Positions 24,126 through 35,577 of a stretch of 64,000 nt of DNA are shown here, piece by piece. Positions within the stretch are counted from its first letter, which is position 1. Each line of letters starts with the position of its first letter. The stretch comes from Corallochytrium limacisporum Hawaii. Its lineage: Eukaryota; Protista; Pluriformea. The notes beneath the pieces were generated by a model. It was not told the DNA's origin and searched no databases. It was given only the letters and a program-made list of their open reading frames with translations. Where the stretch lies: NCBI GenBank assembly GCA_002811645.1, contig PDIP01000087.1:1-64000 (forward strand), read 5' to 3'. A program made the position numbers and the translations under genes.

Positions 24126-24620
24126 TGTGCCACAGTTGATGCGGGCCATCACCATACTTCACATTAACACATCTAACATCATTGTAACATAAGCTAGTAA
24201 AGCCGCTAGGTAACACAACCACTTCTACTACATATATACATATCCTTTGAATTTAAAACAGTATGCAACAGGGGGCAAGAATATCGTTTGACATGCAGAG
24301 GTGATGATGCTGGTCTACTTGGCCACTTCTGCGACTCATTTTGCCCGTTTGGATGGGTTGGGGCGGGTCACCCCCAAACAAGCAGTTGGCGGCTCTCCCA
24401 GTGCGCAGTAATAAAATTAGGCCCCCGATCCACCTCTGCCCTCTCCAAGTTGGACAACTCAGTAAATAGACTCCTATTTAATTCACTTTAAATGCTATGG
24501 CTTAGGTTGCTCAGTTTACAACCCAACAACGTTGGGCCAGGCCGAGTACTATGGGCGTTCGGCTATAGGGACACCACACTCATGTTCAAGCCGTCGGAGC
24601 ACGGAAACCTGTGTTAATAG

Positions 24621-24922
24621 CGCTTCCGTCGTCAGCTTGCATCGGTTTTGTACGCCACCAACGTGCCCGGACTTAAGGGCCCTCGTATAGTCCAGATCAT
24701 TATGCGGTCGATACGAGACGGCCAGATTGTGAGCTACCGTCCCACCAATTCCTTCGCAGAGTGAGTTCCTGGCTTTTAAGTCCGATGACAGCCGTCCGAT
24801 TCTTCAGTTCGGTCGCATGGGCGCAGGTGTCTTCACGATGGACATTGAATTCCCCATGTCTATTCTGCAGGCATTTTGGTATCTGCCTTACCTCGTTCGA
24901 CACTAAGCTTCCATGTGAATGA
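24621..24922 (+). pseudogene. Tubby (TULP) C-terminal domain remnant
   Basis: Hand translation gives RRQLASVLYATNVPGLKGPRIVQIIM..SYRPTNSFAE*, then in another frame ILQFGRMGAGVFTMDIEFPMSILQAF, then after an extra T (GCATTTTGGT) GICLTSFDTKLPCE*. These match Tubby blocks YETNVLGFKGPR, LQFGR..FTMD..P..LQAF and SFDSKLACE*. The N.K.P.W..Y.LNF.GRV..ASVKNFQ block is absent, and in-frame TAA TAG precede the segment. Confidence 0.8.
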
Positions 24923-25006
24923 AGAAAAGAGTAATAGTCCTACATAAGTTCTTAAAATTGGTCTGAAAGATTGTGCCCTTGATATCTATTGTCCATAGAT
25001 GATAGC

Positions 25007-25008
<2 letters not shown>

Positions 25009-25040
<32 letters not shown>

Positions 25041-25053
25041 AATGTTGATGATG
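25009..25053. repeat. (ATG/GAT)n microsatellite
   Basis: About ten tandem GAT units, followed by an imperfect continuation. Confidence 0.9.
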
Positions 25054-25237
25054 CGACTTTGTCATGCTACAGTTGTTGATTACTTTTGTTCTGATTTCCT
25101 TCAATACAGCAGAGAGTGTTTGTTTGTTGGTTTGTTTGTTTGTAGATCGTCAGATCTACTGCTTCACAGGTATGGACTTGCATCAGTCAATGACGCGAAA
25201 ATACATCACACCTTTCTCTTCCATTGGCTCTTGGAAT

Positions 25238-25972
25238 TCAAAAGAACTCGCCATCCAGGGCGTCAAAGAGTGAGATATTGCAGCGGAACACCTCTAGACT
25301 CTCATCGACCACTGCCGCCCGCTGCTCCTGATCAAGGGTGATCTGATTGATCGCAGACTTGTACAAGTCCTTGCAGGCCTTTAGATCCCCAACGTCTCGG
25401 AACTGGTAGAACTCTAATCCTTGGTTCAGGTTCATGCTGAGGTCGGCCATGTACTTTTCGAGTTTGGAGCCGATAATTTGCCCTCCGCTCAGGTCTCCCA
25501 AGTACCGTGCATAAGCATGGGCAATCAGACGGAATGGCTCCTGCTCCGCCACCGTTGCAATGCGCATGGTGTAGGGTTCAGCGCATTGGGCAGCGGCAGA
25601 TAGAAGTGCGGCTGCGGTCTCTTCGGAGCCGCACATGTGATCAAGGTCTAGCAGGATCGCCTCCTTGCGAAAGATCTCGGGAACGGCAATGGCAGCGATC
25701 TCCGACGTCTGTGGGTTCTGTGCCGCAAGCACCAACCCAGTCTCCAGTGCGAGATACACGTGGTAAAGACAGGCCATATGCAAGCTGTACTCGCTAAGGC
25801 TGACCTTGCCGCGTAAGATCCGCCTTACAAAGAAGCGTTTCTCAGCGTCCCGGTGAAGATCGTGGGTGGCGTCACGCATCTCGTCGGTGAGAGATTTTTC
25901 AATGGTCAGCGATGATCCGCTCTTGACCGCCTTCAGGGGCTGGGCCAAATCACGACCTGCAAGGTCCCGCAT
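25238..25972 (-). CDS. Heme oxygenase, 244 aa, no C-terminal membrane anchor
   Basis: MRDATHDLHRDAE (proximal His), LYHVYLALE, R..AI..DL, HAYARYLGDLSGGQII distal helix, GLEFYQF. ATG at 25972. Confidence 0.92.
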   Translation of the reverse strand: MRDLAGRDLAQPLKAVKSGSSLTIEKSLTDEMRDATHDLHRDAEKRFFVRRILRGKVSLSEYSLHMACLYHVYLALETGLVLAAQNPQTSEIAAIAVPEIFRKEAILLDLDHMCGSEETAAALLSAAAQCAEPYTMRIATVAEQEPFRLIAHAYARYLGDLSGGQIIGSKLEKYMADLSMNLNQGLEFYQFRDVGDLKACKDLYKSAINQITLDQEQRAAVVDESLEVFRCNISLFDALDGEFF

Positions 25973-28048
25973 GTTCACAGCTGCAATCCTCTCCTGCAGC
26001 CAAAATGCTCTTCCACTGTCCGGATTTCAAAGTCGTTCTGTCCCGCTCGTACTCAAGCTTTGCACAGCTATTCACAAGTTGCCTTCATCCTTGTCGTTCA
26101 AAGGATACAATGCATCACATTATCTACTGCAGCTGTCAAATGCCAGATCGGTTGAAATATCTTTCCTTTCTCGTGACTGATGTCAACACACCCATCAACA
26201 CAGGCCAACAGTTCACGAGTAGAAAAGAAAACGCGTTCGGGGATACCAAGATTGATTACATCAACCCAAACGCTTTCCCATGGAGACTCTGAAAGCGCGA
26301 TCACTCCGACATCCCAGCCACTGGCGGGACAGCACGGTCAGAACTCAAGCAGTCGAGTAGGACCCGCCACATACCGAACGGACGCCAAACCGGTCGGCCC
26401 TCTCCTGCTATTCTCTCTCGCCCTCTCCGCCACTATGTCTTCTCTATACCAATGGTACCTCTCTGTTCACTGGCAGGCACTTTTCCTTGACTCCCGTCTC
26501 CCGCAATTGCTACCAACCTTAGAGCACACTTTTCCAAGCCAATACACTCAGAGGCACGCCGAGGGGGGNNNNNNNNNNNNNNNNNNNNNNNNNNNNNNNN
26601 NNNNNNNNNNNNNNNNNNNNNNNNNNNNNNNNNNNNNNNNNNNNNNNNNNNNNNNNNNNNNNNNNNNNNNNNNNNNNNNNNNNNNNNNNNNNNNNNNNNN
26701 NNNNNNNNNNNNNNNNNNNNNNNNNNNNNNNNNNNNNNNNNNNNNGGGGGGGGGGGGGGGGCCGGGTGTTGTGGGGTCAGCAGACCGAGCTCCTTTGTCC
26801 AACACGACCCCCACCGCCGAAAATCCCGGGACGGCGGGGGCAATGTGTTTCGGTTGTAAACGTGCGTCAGGTTTGTCCGAGTTGGGGGGGTGGGGGGGCC
26901 TCCGTCCGGTGGCACCGCCCCCGTTCGAAAACCCTTGAAACCGGGGGCAAAGGAGAAAATAAAGTCGGGAGTGGCGGAAGTTGGTGGTCGGTTTCGGTTT
27001 CGGTCCGGTTGCCGGTATTACGTAAAGAACTATTCTTCCCCCACCCCCCCCCAGGGGTCCCTCCAGGAAAGTTTTCCTTCTCTCTTGCTCGGCACTTGGC
27101 CGACCTTTATTATATTTTTTTTTGGGTTCTGAAGCACCACCACGAACGGGAAGGCCAGGTAACCGGCTCAAACGAAGACACAAAGCCGGGGTACGGGCCG
27201 ATATCGTCATCAGACGAAATTTCATATAATATGTATTGAGATTCCTGACTGAGCCCTTCACGTAAAGCTTCGAACGAACGTTGTTAGCGAAACATTCGCG
27301 GACTTTCCCGCAGTACATTCACTTCCAAATGGAATTGTCCAAATTTGGTCTGTTCAACACTTTTGGTCCTTTTTTAGTTATTTATGTACTGCGCAGAATT
27401 TTCATGTCCCAATATTTATGGTGCACTCGAACAGGAATTCAGTATATTTACTATGGAACTAGGCGCAAGGGGGGAAAGGGTGGTTGCCCATCTGTTCAAC
27501 ACTTTTGTACATTTTCTGGTACCACCCTCTGTCTGGTATGTTAGGGTCAAAACTCCGAAAAACTTGACTCCCGAGGATCTTTTTTAATCTTGATTGTATA
27601 ATAACTTATATTGATTCCATTCTATTTCATTATATTTTGCTCTTTTTAACAATCATAAAAAAATATTTCAATAGCTGATTCAAACGAAGAGTCCCTGCTA
27701 CTCTCAAAAAAGGACTATTTTGACTTTGGCTTGACATTGAACACATCGTAGTCGTACAAANNNNNNNNNNNNNNNNNNNNNNNNNNNNNNNNNNNNNNNN
27801 NNNNNNNNNNNNNNNNNNNNNNNNNNNNNNNNNNNNNNNNNNNNNNNNNNNNNNNNNNNNNNNNNNNNNNNNNNNNNNNNNNNNNNNNNNNNNNNNNNNN
27901 NNNNNNNNNNNNNNNNNNNNNNNNNNNNNNNNNNNNNNNNNNNNNNNNNNNNNNNNNNNNNNNNNNNNNNNNNNNNNNNNNNNNNNNNNNNNNNNNNNNN
28001 NNNNNNNNNNNNNNNNNNNNNNNNNNNNNNNNNNNNNNNNNNNNNNNN

Positions 28049-28807
28049 CGTGAAGCTGATCTCCGTGTCGGAACGGCTGGCAGCAGAAGTGAACCACTTA
28101 ATGCCGTACAAGCGGTGAGTGAAGACGTTCGCGTCTGGACTTCCGCCAGGGAGCTGATTCTCGGGCAGGTCCTGAGAGTTGAGCGGAACAGCAATCGTCT
28201 CCGTGGCAGCGGCAACATCGGAGCCGCCCATGCGCTCCGTCATCCACTGGCCGCATGTCAACCACTCCTTGGGATCATTGGTCAAGAGCCTTGGCATGAT
28301 CTCCTTAGTCAGATACGGGTCCTGAAGGCTCTTGCACACGGACACGGCCGCGTCGGTCATGCCAGCGGGGCAGCTGTAGAGGCCGGAGAGCGGGTTGTAG
28401 ATCATTGCCTTAGCCACCCAAAAGATGCGTCCTTGCTCCTTGTATTTGGGATCCCACGCAATAGAACTGATACGTTCCTCACATGACATGTCGTGAAGCT
28501 TTTCCCAAGCGCTGCAGACTTCAATATTGTCAACGCGATTACCAAAACCATCGTACTGGTACAACACCGGTTCTTGGGCCTCGGCCAGTTGAACCAAGCG
28601 GCGCAGTTCCGGTGCGCGTTTGCCAAAGCGAATCAGATCCATCTCGACTTCCTTCCGGAGCTGTTTGGGGCTGAAATATCTCTGTACCAGAGACTGCAGT
28701 GCCAGATCCGTCATGTACGGGTTCTGACCCATGTACGGTACAGGAGACGCCTGCGGCTGGCAGGACTCCAGAGGCACCTGGAAGGGCAGCTTGTTGCTGT
28801 GGGGCAT
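28049..28807 (-). CDS. AidB/ACDH-11-like acyl-CoA dehydrogenase, copy C (5' part only, runs into gap)
   Basis: Paralog of 33592-35577 (MPHSNKLPFQVP..GQWMTERMGGSDV..LYGIKWFTSA), interrupted by the N-gap at 27761-28048. Confidence 0.75.
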
Positions 28808-29863
28808 GGCTGGTTTGCTGCTGACCACAAATTATCATAATTTCTCTTTCTTGATGAGGACTGAAACCATCAGAGGGTGCGGTGATCGATTTCAGGGACA
28901 GATCTCTCTTCTACCTTTTTCTGCAGGTCTTAGGTATGTCTCTTTGACTGCCCGCCTGTTGATGGGCTCAAAATAGACCTCCCGGAACGGTATGCAAGAA
29001 TGTCCAAGAAACTTGTCGTACTAAGTCCCCGATGATCTGTCCCAGCCAAGGAAGGCCTACTCACCATACCAGCAACGGTCCATCGTCCCTACACACACGC
29101 AGTTATGTTCATGGATCAGTCTTGTCTCTCTGCCTCGTCCTTCCCCCTCTCCCACCAAAATGGCCTGCGGGCACGTAACAACGGACACACGTCCTTGGGC
29201 AGAAATCACCCACCCACACACACACACACACAGCCCCTTCTTTCGCTTCCTAAACCACACACACCACACGCGTAACGGACAAAACCCCAGCCCTTTCCCC
29301 CCCCCCCTTTGCGCCTGCTGGGCTCCCCGGTTTCCTCCGCAGTCGCTGGCAAAAACCCAAACCGTTCGGCCGGTTTGATTTCAGGCCCGGACACTTTGGG
29401 TATTTTGGTACGCAGTGAGTGGTCTCTGTTTGTGGCTTTTGACGGCCGGGTCAGTGCGGGCCACGTACACACTCGCTCCCCGAAGCGCGCACAAAATCGC
29501 GTGACGGCGAAGACTGAGATTGCCTTCCTCCCTGCGGGCAAAGACTGTGTCGTGTGCGAAGCCGATGAAACATGGTCGCGGGTTTGTGCGGGAGAATTTG
29601 GTCATTGTTCTTTTGGCACGTCCAGGTCATTCAGAGGTGTCCAGTACCCAAATTGTTTGAGAAACCTCATCGTCCTTGCGGGAATAGGACACTTTCATCT
29701 ATGATGCAATATGGGACGTATATAGATACTGTATTGGATATGGCGTCCAGGTCACTAGAGCACGACGTTATCCTACGATTTCCCTTCTGTCACTTTGGCC
29801 GTTGTAAGTTAAAGAAACGACTGGGGACAACAGGGGTTAGTTGGTCATGACCAATAATCATGT

Positions 29864-31925
29864 TCACAACCTCGCACGTTCAGAGGAGGATGATTTGTCA
29901 CCGCCTGAGCTCTTGATCCCGTTGAACGTACGCGAGACGCTGCCGTAGTCCGACACCGACCGGCGGCCACGTTCAGTGAGGTCCCGCAGACGGAGCGCGA
30001 CTTCACCAGTCACACCGGCCAGACCACCAGTCGCCAATGGTGCGTGGTTAATGTACGTCTTCAGCAGCTGCACATCGTGGTCTTCCTGAGTCAAGACAGC
30101 ATGCTCGTACAGCAAGCAGGCGCTGTAGACGCGACCAACCAGCAGAGAAAGGGATCGCATGATGACAGTAATCTTGCCCATTATGTCCTTCTGATCGGCG
30201 CCGTAGCCACCGGTCATGGCCTTCTGGAAGGCATCAGCACACGCCGTCACAACGTTGATGGCATCCGTGATTGCACTTTGCTCAAGACCACAGTCGTTCA
30301 AAGCGCCAACACCGAGACGGTCGCGGCAGATGGCAACGAGGTTCTTCAGCGCCTTGCCGCCGCTCTTCTGCTCCACACGCAGCACATCCAAAGACAAAAT
30401 GTTCGTGGTGCCCTCCCACAGGGGCAGAACGTGAGTATTGCGGAAAATGGTGGGTATACCCGTGTCTTCAATGTAACCGTTGCCACCGAAGCATTCCAGG
30501 AGCTCCTGATTGTTGTGCACAGCGTTCTTTGCAGCGGAGAGCTTGACCACAGCAGTCAGAGTCCGCAGCGCCAAAGCGTCACGGGAGTTGATCTTCTTCT
30601 CCTGATGCAGACCCATCATGCGGGCCAAGTCGAAACTGCAGTGCATATCTGCCGTGCTATCTGCCTGGATCACGTCCAGAACATGCATGTGCATCGGGTT
30701 GTCAATCAGACGGCTGCCAAAGGCAGTCCGCCGCTGTGCGTAGTCCAGCACAAGTTGCAGGTGGTAGCGCTGACTTGCTACGCTGCCAATGATGTTGTGC
30801 ACACGGGTAACGTTGAGCATATCGGAGATGGCTTGGATGCCCTGTCCACGCTCCGACAGTTTGNNNNNNNNNNNNNNNNNNNNNNNCGTTGAGCATATCG
30901 GAGATGGCTTGGATGCCCTGTCCACGCTCCGACAGTTTGCGTGCAGGAAGACCGTCCAGCTGCATTTCCGCAGTCGGAAGCGACCTCGTGCCCATCTTGT
31001 TCTTCATGCGCAGGATCTTAATGCCTGGGTGCAGAATACGGTCTGCTCCAGATTCCTCCTTGTATTTCTTGCGCGCTTCCTCTACCATCCTCGTGGACAC
31101 AAAGAACAGAGTCAGGCCCTTGTTTCCTGGGATAGTCTCGCCGGTCTTCGGGTCGACCTCACGAGCGAGCGTCAAACTGATCTCCGTGTCGGAACGACTG
31201 GCAGCAGAAGTGAACCACTTAATGCCGTACAAGCGGTGAGTGAAGACGTCCGCGTCTGGGCTTCCACCGGGGAGCTGATCTTCGGGCAGGTCCTGAGAAT
31301 TGAGCGGGACAGCAATCGTCTCCGTGGCAGCGGCAACATCGGAGCCGCCCATGCGCTCCGTCATCCACTGGCCGGAGGTCAACCACTCCTTGGGGTCGTT
31401 GGTCAAGAGCCTTGGAAGAATCTCCTTGTTCAGGTACGGATCTTGAACGGTCCTGCACACGGCCACAGCAGCGTCGGTCATGCCAGCGGGGCAGCTGTAG
31501 AGGCCGGAGAGCGGGGAGTAGATCATGCTCTTGGCCATCCAAAAGATACGTCCTTGCTCCTTGTATTTGGGATCCCACGGAATGGCCGTGTAGCGTTCCT
31601 CGCATGTAATGTCATGCAGTTTCTCCCAGGCACCACAGACTTCGATATTGTCAATGCGATTGCCGAAACCATCGTACTGGTACAGTACTGGAACTTGTGT
31701 CTCAGCCAATTGAACCAAGCGGGTCATTTCCGGTGCGCGGTCGCCAAAGCGAATAAGATCCTCTTCGACTTCCTTCAGGAGCTGCGGGCTGACATATCTC
31801 TGTACCAGAGACTGCAGTGCCAGATCGGTCTTGTACGGGTTCTTACCCATGTACGGCACAGGAGACGCCTGCGGTTTGCAGGACTCCGGAGGCACCTGGA
31901 AGGGCAGCTTGTTGCCGTAGGGCAT
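29864..31925 (-). CDS. AidB/ACDH-11-like acyl-CoA dehydrogenase, copy B, PTS1 (ARL)
   Basis: The split is an assembly artefact: 30811-30863 is repeated exactly at 30887-30939 across a 23-N gap. Removing 76 nt gives 1986 nt, the same length as copy A. Motifs MTE..GGSDV, KMGTRSLPTAE, FGGNGYIED and WEGTTN; ends SERARL*. Confidence 0.88.
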
Positions 31926-33144
31926 GGCTGGTTTGCTACTGACCGGAACTAGTTTCGACTTTTCTTTCTCAATGTGAACACAAAACCTGAGCGGCTGTTG
32001 GTGATCGACCCTCGTATACGGTTCCCACTTATACCTTTGTGATGACTACTCTTAGGTCTTTGTGGACAGTCGAGCAAGGTACACTTTCCGGAAAACCTAT
32101 TTCAAGACCATGGTCGGAGAATTTTGTTGTTCCAAAACGACCCCAATTCCTGCGAGTTTCTGCTTTTTTGGGGGGAAACGAAGGAGTAGTAATCTCTGAT
32201 CCCAGTGCGATACAAAGAGGTGCACATACGCACACACACGCACACACACACACACACACACGCGCGCACACGATCTAAAGACATCACCAACTTTTTTGGC
32301 CGCCGTCCAAAAATAAGAACCAAAAAGTCCCGTTCGAACCAAGGGAAAAAAGGCAAGCTCTCGCTCACGTCCCTACGCACTCTTTGCCCTCCGTGCCCCC
32401 CCCCCCTCACTCCTCCCTCTCTCCCCTTTGACTCGTTCCCCGGTTGAAAATTAAAGATTTGGCCAAACCCCCTCCCCCCCAAGGAAGAAGGGCAAAGCGA
32501 AAAGCGGGTCTGCCACACACGCTGCCCAACCCCCCCCCCGCCGCGAAACCCCAAAAAAAATGAAAAATGAAAAATCCTACCCCTCCCCGACCCCCGGTGC
32601 TCTGCCATCTCTGCCATCTCTGCCAGGTCTTTCACTATAGGGGAGCACCCCGACACGGGGTGGTCAGACCAAAGTAAATGAAGCAAAGGAAAAAGATAAA
32701 CAAAACATCTCAATTTTTCGATCGGGACGATCAATCCCGCGGGGTAGACTCATTATTTCACTATTCACGGAGGGGGGGACTGGAAAACCAAAAAGTAAAA
32801 TCAGCGGAAAAGATGGGTTAAGAAATTGAAAGAAAGGGTGCTAAGCCCCTAAGCCTTTACCCGGAAACCCCTAAGAGATTTTCTGCGGTGCTTCCGGTAA
32901 ATTCAGTACTGCTGTCCGGAATGACAAATATAAAACTAAAGAATAAAAAAACTGCTGAGACCAACAAAAAAAAACAAGAAACGATCGAAAGGAAAGGAGA
33001 AGGAGAACGAAGGAAAGGAGAGAGCAAAATCGCGCCATCCTTGTCCGGCCGTTGGGAATGGCACCTGGGCGGGCCGTCCCCGGCGCCCATCCCAGCTTAG
33101 TCGGTACCTAAAGTACTGGAGCAAATAACACGCGTACAAGGAGA

Positions 33145-33236
33145 TCTCTCTCTCTCTCTGCTCTGCTCGGCTCTGCTCTGCTCTGCTCTGCTCTCTCTGC
33201 TCTATCTCTCTCTGTGTCTTGCAGCAGCAGCAGCAG
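33145..33236. repeat. Compound microsatellite (CT)n/(CTCTG)n/(CAG)n
   Basis: ctctctctctctctg ctctgctcggctctgctctgctctgctctg ... gcagcagcagcagcag. Confidence 0.85.
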
Positions 33237-33591
33237 GGTTTGTCCGGCCAACTCTTTTTTCCCCCGCCCAGCTAAAAGCTAGGGCCAACCAAGGGCCCGG
33301 AGTTGGCTGGTGGAAAAAAAAAATGGGAGGAAAAGTTTTTAAGGTACGCTATCTCTTCCCCCCTGGGCCCTCCCCCCCCCGCTGGCTCTATTTTTGGCAC
33401 AAAAGCAGAAAGGCCCGAGCAAGAAAAAGACACAAAGCTCAGACGGGAGCGCTCCCCCCCTCCCCCCCGGGGGGAGGGGTTGCCTAGCCATACACAGCGC
33501 TGAGAGGAGGTGGGATTCTTTTGATTGACGACCGGGGTGTGCGGTGGTGCGGATTTATCGTTTGACGACAAACAATGGATCATTTCTTGGA

Positions 33592-35577
33592 TCACAGTCT
33601 TGCGCCCTGGGTTGAAGACGGTGGACGGCCGCCCGAGCTCCTGATCCCATTGAATGTACGGGAAACGCTGCCGTACTCCGAGGCCGACCTGCGCCCACTC
33701 TCGGTGAGATCCCGCAGGCGCAGCGCAACTTCATTAGTCACCCCGGCAAGACCACCGGCGGCCAGCGGCGCGTGGTTGACATAGGTCTTCAGTAGCTCCG
33801 CATCGTGGTCTTCTTGGGTCATGAGAACATGCTCGTACAACATGCAGGCACTGTAGACACGACCAACCAGCAGAGCCAGGGATCGCATGATTACGCAAAT
33901 CTTGTCGTTCACTTCCTTCTGGTCGGTGCCGTACTCACCGGCCATGGCCTTTTGGAAGGCATTAGCACACGCCGTGACGACATTGATGGCAGAGACAATG
34001 TCGCCTTGCTCATTGCCAAGGCCGGTCAGGGCGCCAATGTTGAGAACGTCACGGCAGATTGCAGCGACGTTCTTCAGCGCCTTGCCGCCGCTCTTCTGCT
34101 CCACACGCAGCAAGTCCAGGGCCAGAATGTTCGTGGTGCCCTCCCAAAGTGGTAGAACATGGGCATTGCGGATGATGGTAGGTATGCCTGTGTCTTCAAT
34201 GTAGCCGTTACCACCGAAGCATTCTAGCAGCTCCTGATGGTTACGAACAGCATTCTTGGCAGCGGAAAGCTTCAGCACAGCGGTCAGAGTCCGCAGCGCC
34301 AAAGCATCACGGGAATTGATCTTCTTCTCCTGGTGCAGACCCATCATGCGCCCTAGGTTGAAGCAGAAGTGCATATCTGCTGTGCTATCTGCCTGGATCA
34401 CGTCCAGAACATGCATGTGCATCGGGTTGTCAATCAGACGGCTGCCAAAGGCAGTCCGCCGCTGCGCGTAGTCCAGCACAAGTTGCAGGTGGTGGCGCTG
34501 ACCGGCCACGCCACCGATCGAGTTGTGCACACGGGTAACGTTGAGCATATCGGAGATGGCTTGGATGCCCTGTCCACGCTCCGACAGTTTGCGTGCAGGA
34601 AGACCGTCCAGCTGCATTTCCGCAGTTGGAAGCGACTTCGTGCCCATCTTGTTCTTCATGCGCAGGATCTTAATGCCTGGGTGCAGAATACGGTCTGCTC
34701 CAGATTCCTCTTTGTATTTCTTGCGCGCTTCCTCTGCCATCCTCGTGGACACAAAGAACAGAGTCAGGCCCTTGTTTCCTGGGATAGCCTTGCCGGTCTT
34801 CGGGTCGACCTCACGAGCGAGCGTGAAGCTGATCTCCGTGTCGGAACGGCTGGCAGCAGAAGTGAACCACTTAATGCCGTACAAGCGGTGAGTGAAGACG
34901 TTCGCGTCTGGGCTTCCGCCAGGGAGCTGATCTTCAGGCACTTCCTGGCCGTGGAGCGGAACGGCAACCGTCTCCGTGTAGGCAGAGACATCGGAGCCGC
35001 CAAGACGCTCCGTCATCCACTGGCCGGATGTGAACCACTCATCGGGAGTATTGGTCAAGAGCCTGGGCAAGACCTCCTTATTCAGATACGGATCCTGAAG
35101 GCTCTTGCACACGGACACGGCCGCGTCGGTCATGGCAGCTGGGCAGCTGTAGAGGCCGGAGAGTGGGTTGTAGATAATGCTCTTAGCCATCCAAAAGATG
35201 CGTCCTTGCTCCTTATACTTCGAATCCCATGGAATGGAAATGATACGTTCCTCACATGTCATGTCGTGCAGCTTTTTCCAGCCATCGCAAACTTCGATAT
35301 TGTCAATGCGATTACCAAAACCATCGTACTGGTACAACACCGGCTCTTGAGCCTCAGCAAGATGGTGGTAACGTCCTAATTCTGGTGCGCGGTCGCCAAA
35401 GCGGATCAGATCCGCTTCGACTTCCTTGGCGAGCTCTGGGCTGAAGTACCGATGGACCAGGGACTGCAGTGCGAGATCGTTCTTGTAAGGGTTCTTGCCC
35501 ATGTACGGCACCGGGGAGGACTGTGGTTTGCAGGACTCCGGAGGCACCTGGAAGGGCAGCTTAGTGCTGTACGGCAT
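33592..35577 (-). CDS. AidB/ACDH-11-like acyl-CoA dehydrogenase, copy A, 661 aa, PTS1 (ARL)
   Basis: Intact ORF; SGQWMTERLGGSDV, LYGIKWFTSA, KNKMGTKSLPTAE, YAQRRTAFG, ECFGGNGYIED and catalytic Glu in LWEGTTN; ends QGARL*. Confidence 0.93.
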   Translation of the reverse strand: MPYSTKLPFQVPPESCKPQSSPVPYMGKNPYKNDLALQSLVHRYFSPELAKEVEADLIRFGDRAPELGRYHHLAEAQEPVLYQYDGFGNRIDNIEVCDGWKKLHDMTCEERIISIPWDSKYKEQGRIFWMAKSIIYNPLSGLYSCPAAMTDAAVSVCKSLQDPYLNKEVLPRLLTNTPDEWFTSGQWMTERLGGSDVSAYTETVAVPLHGQEVPEDQLPGGSPDANVFTHRLYGIKWFTSAASRSDTEISFTLAREVDPKTGKAIPGNKGLTLFFVSTRMAEEARKKYKEESGADRILHPGIKILRMKNKMGTKSLPTAEMQLDGLPARKLSERGQGIQAISDMLNVTRVHNSIGGVAGQRHHLQLVLDYAQRRTAFGSRLIDNPMHMHVLDVIQADSTADMHFCFNLGRMMGLHQEKKINSRDALALRTLTAVLKLSAAKNAVRNHQELLECFGGNGYIEDTGIPTIIRNAHVLPLWEGTTNILALDLLRVEQKSGGKALKNVAAICRDVLNIGALTGLGNEQGDIVSAINVVTACANAFQKAMAGEYGTDQKEVNDKICVIMRSLALLVGRVYSACMLYEHVLMTQEDHDAELLKTYVNHAPLAAGGLAGVTNEVALRLRDLTESGRRSASEYGSVSRTFNGIRSSGGRPPSSTQGARL

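Noticed and set aside
25180-25250. Heme oxygenase also ends TTC TTT TGA A, like the AAA shift site
   Set aside because: The -1 frame gives only 11 codons and the +1 frame 18 codons, with no TM helix or domain; no support for recoding.
30811-30939. Apparent frameshift and internal duplication in ACAD copy B
   Set aside because: An exact 53-nt repeat flanking a 23-N gap is an unmerged contig overlap; removal restores a 1986-nt ORF equal to copy A.
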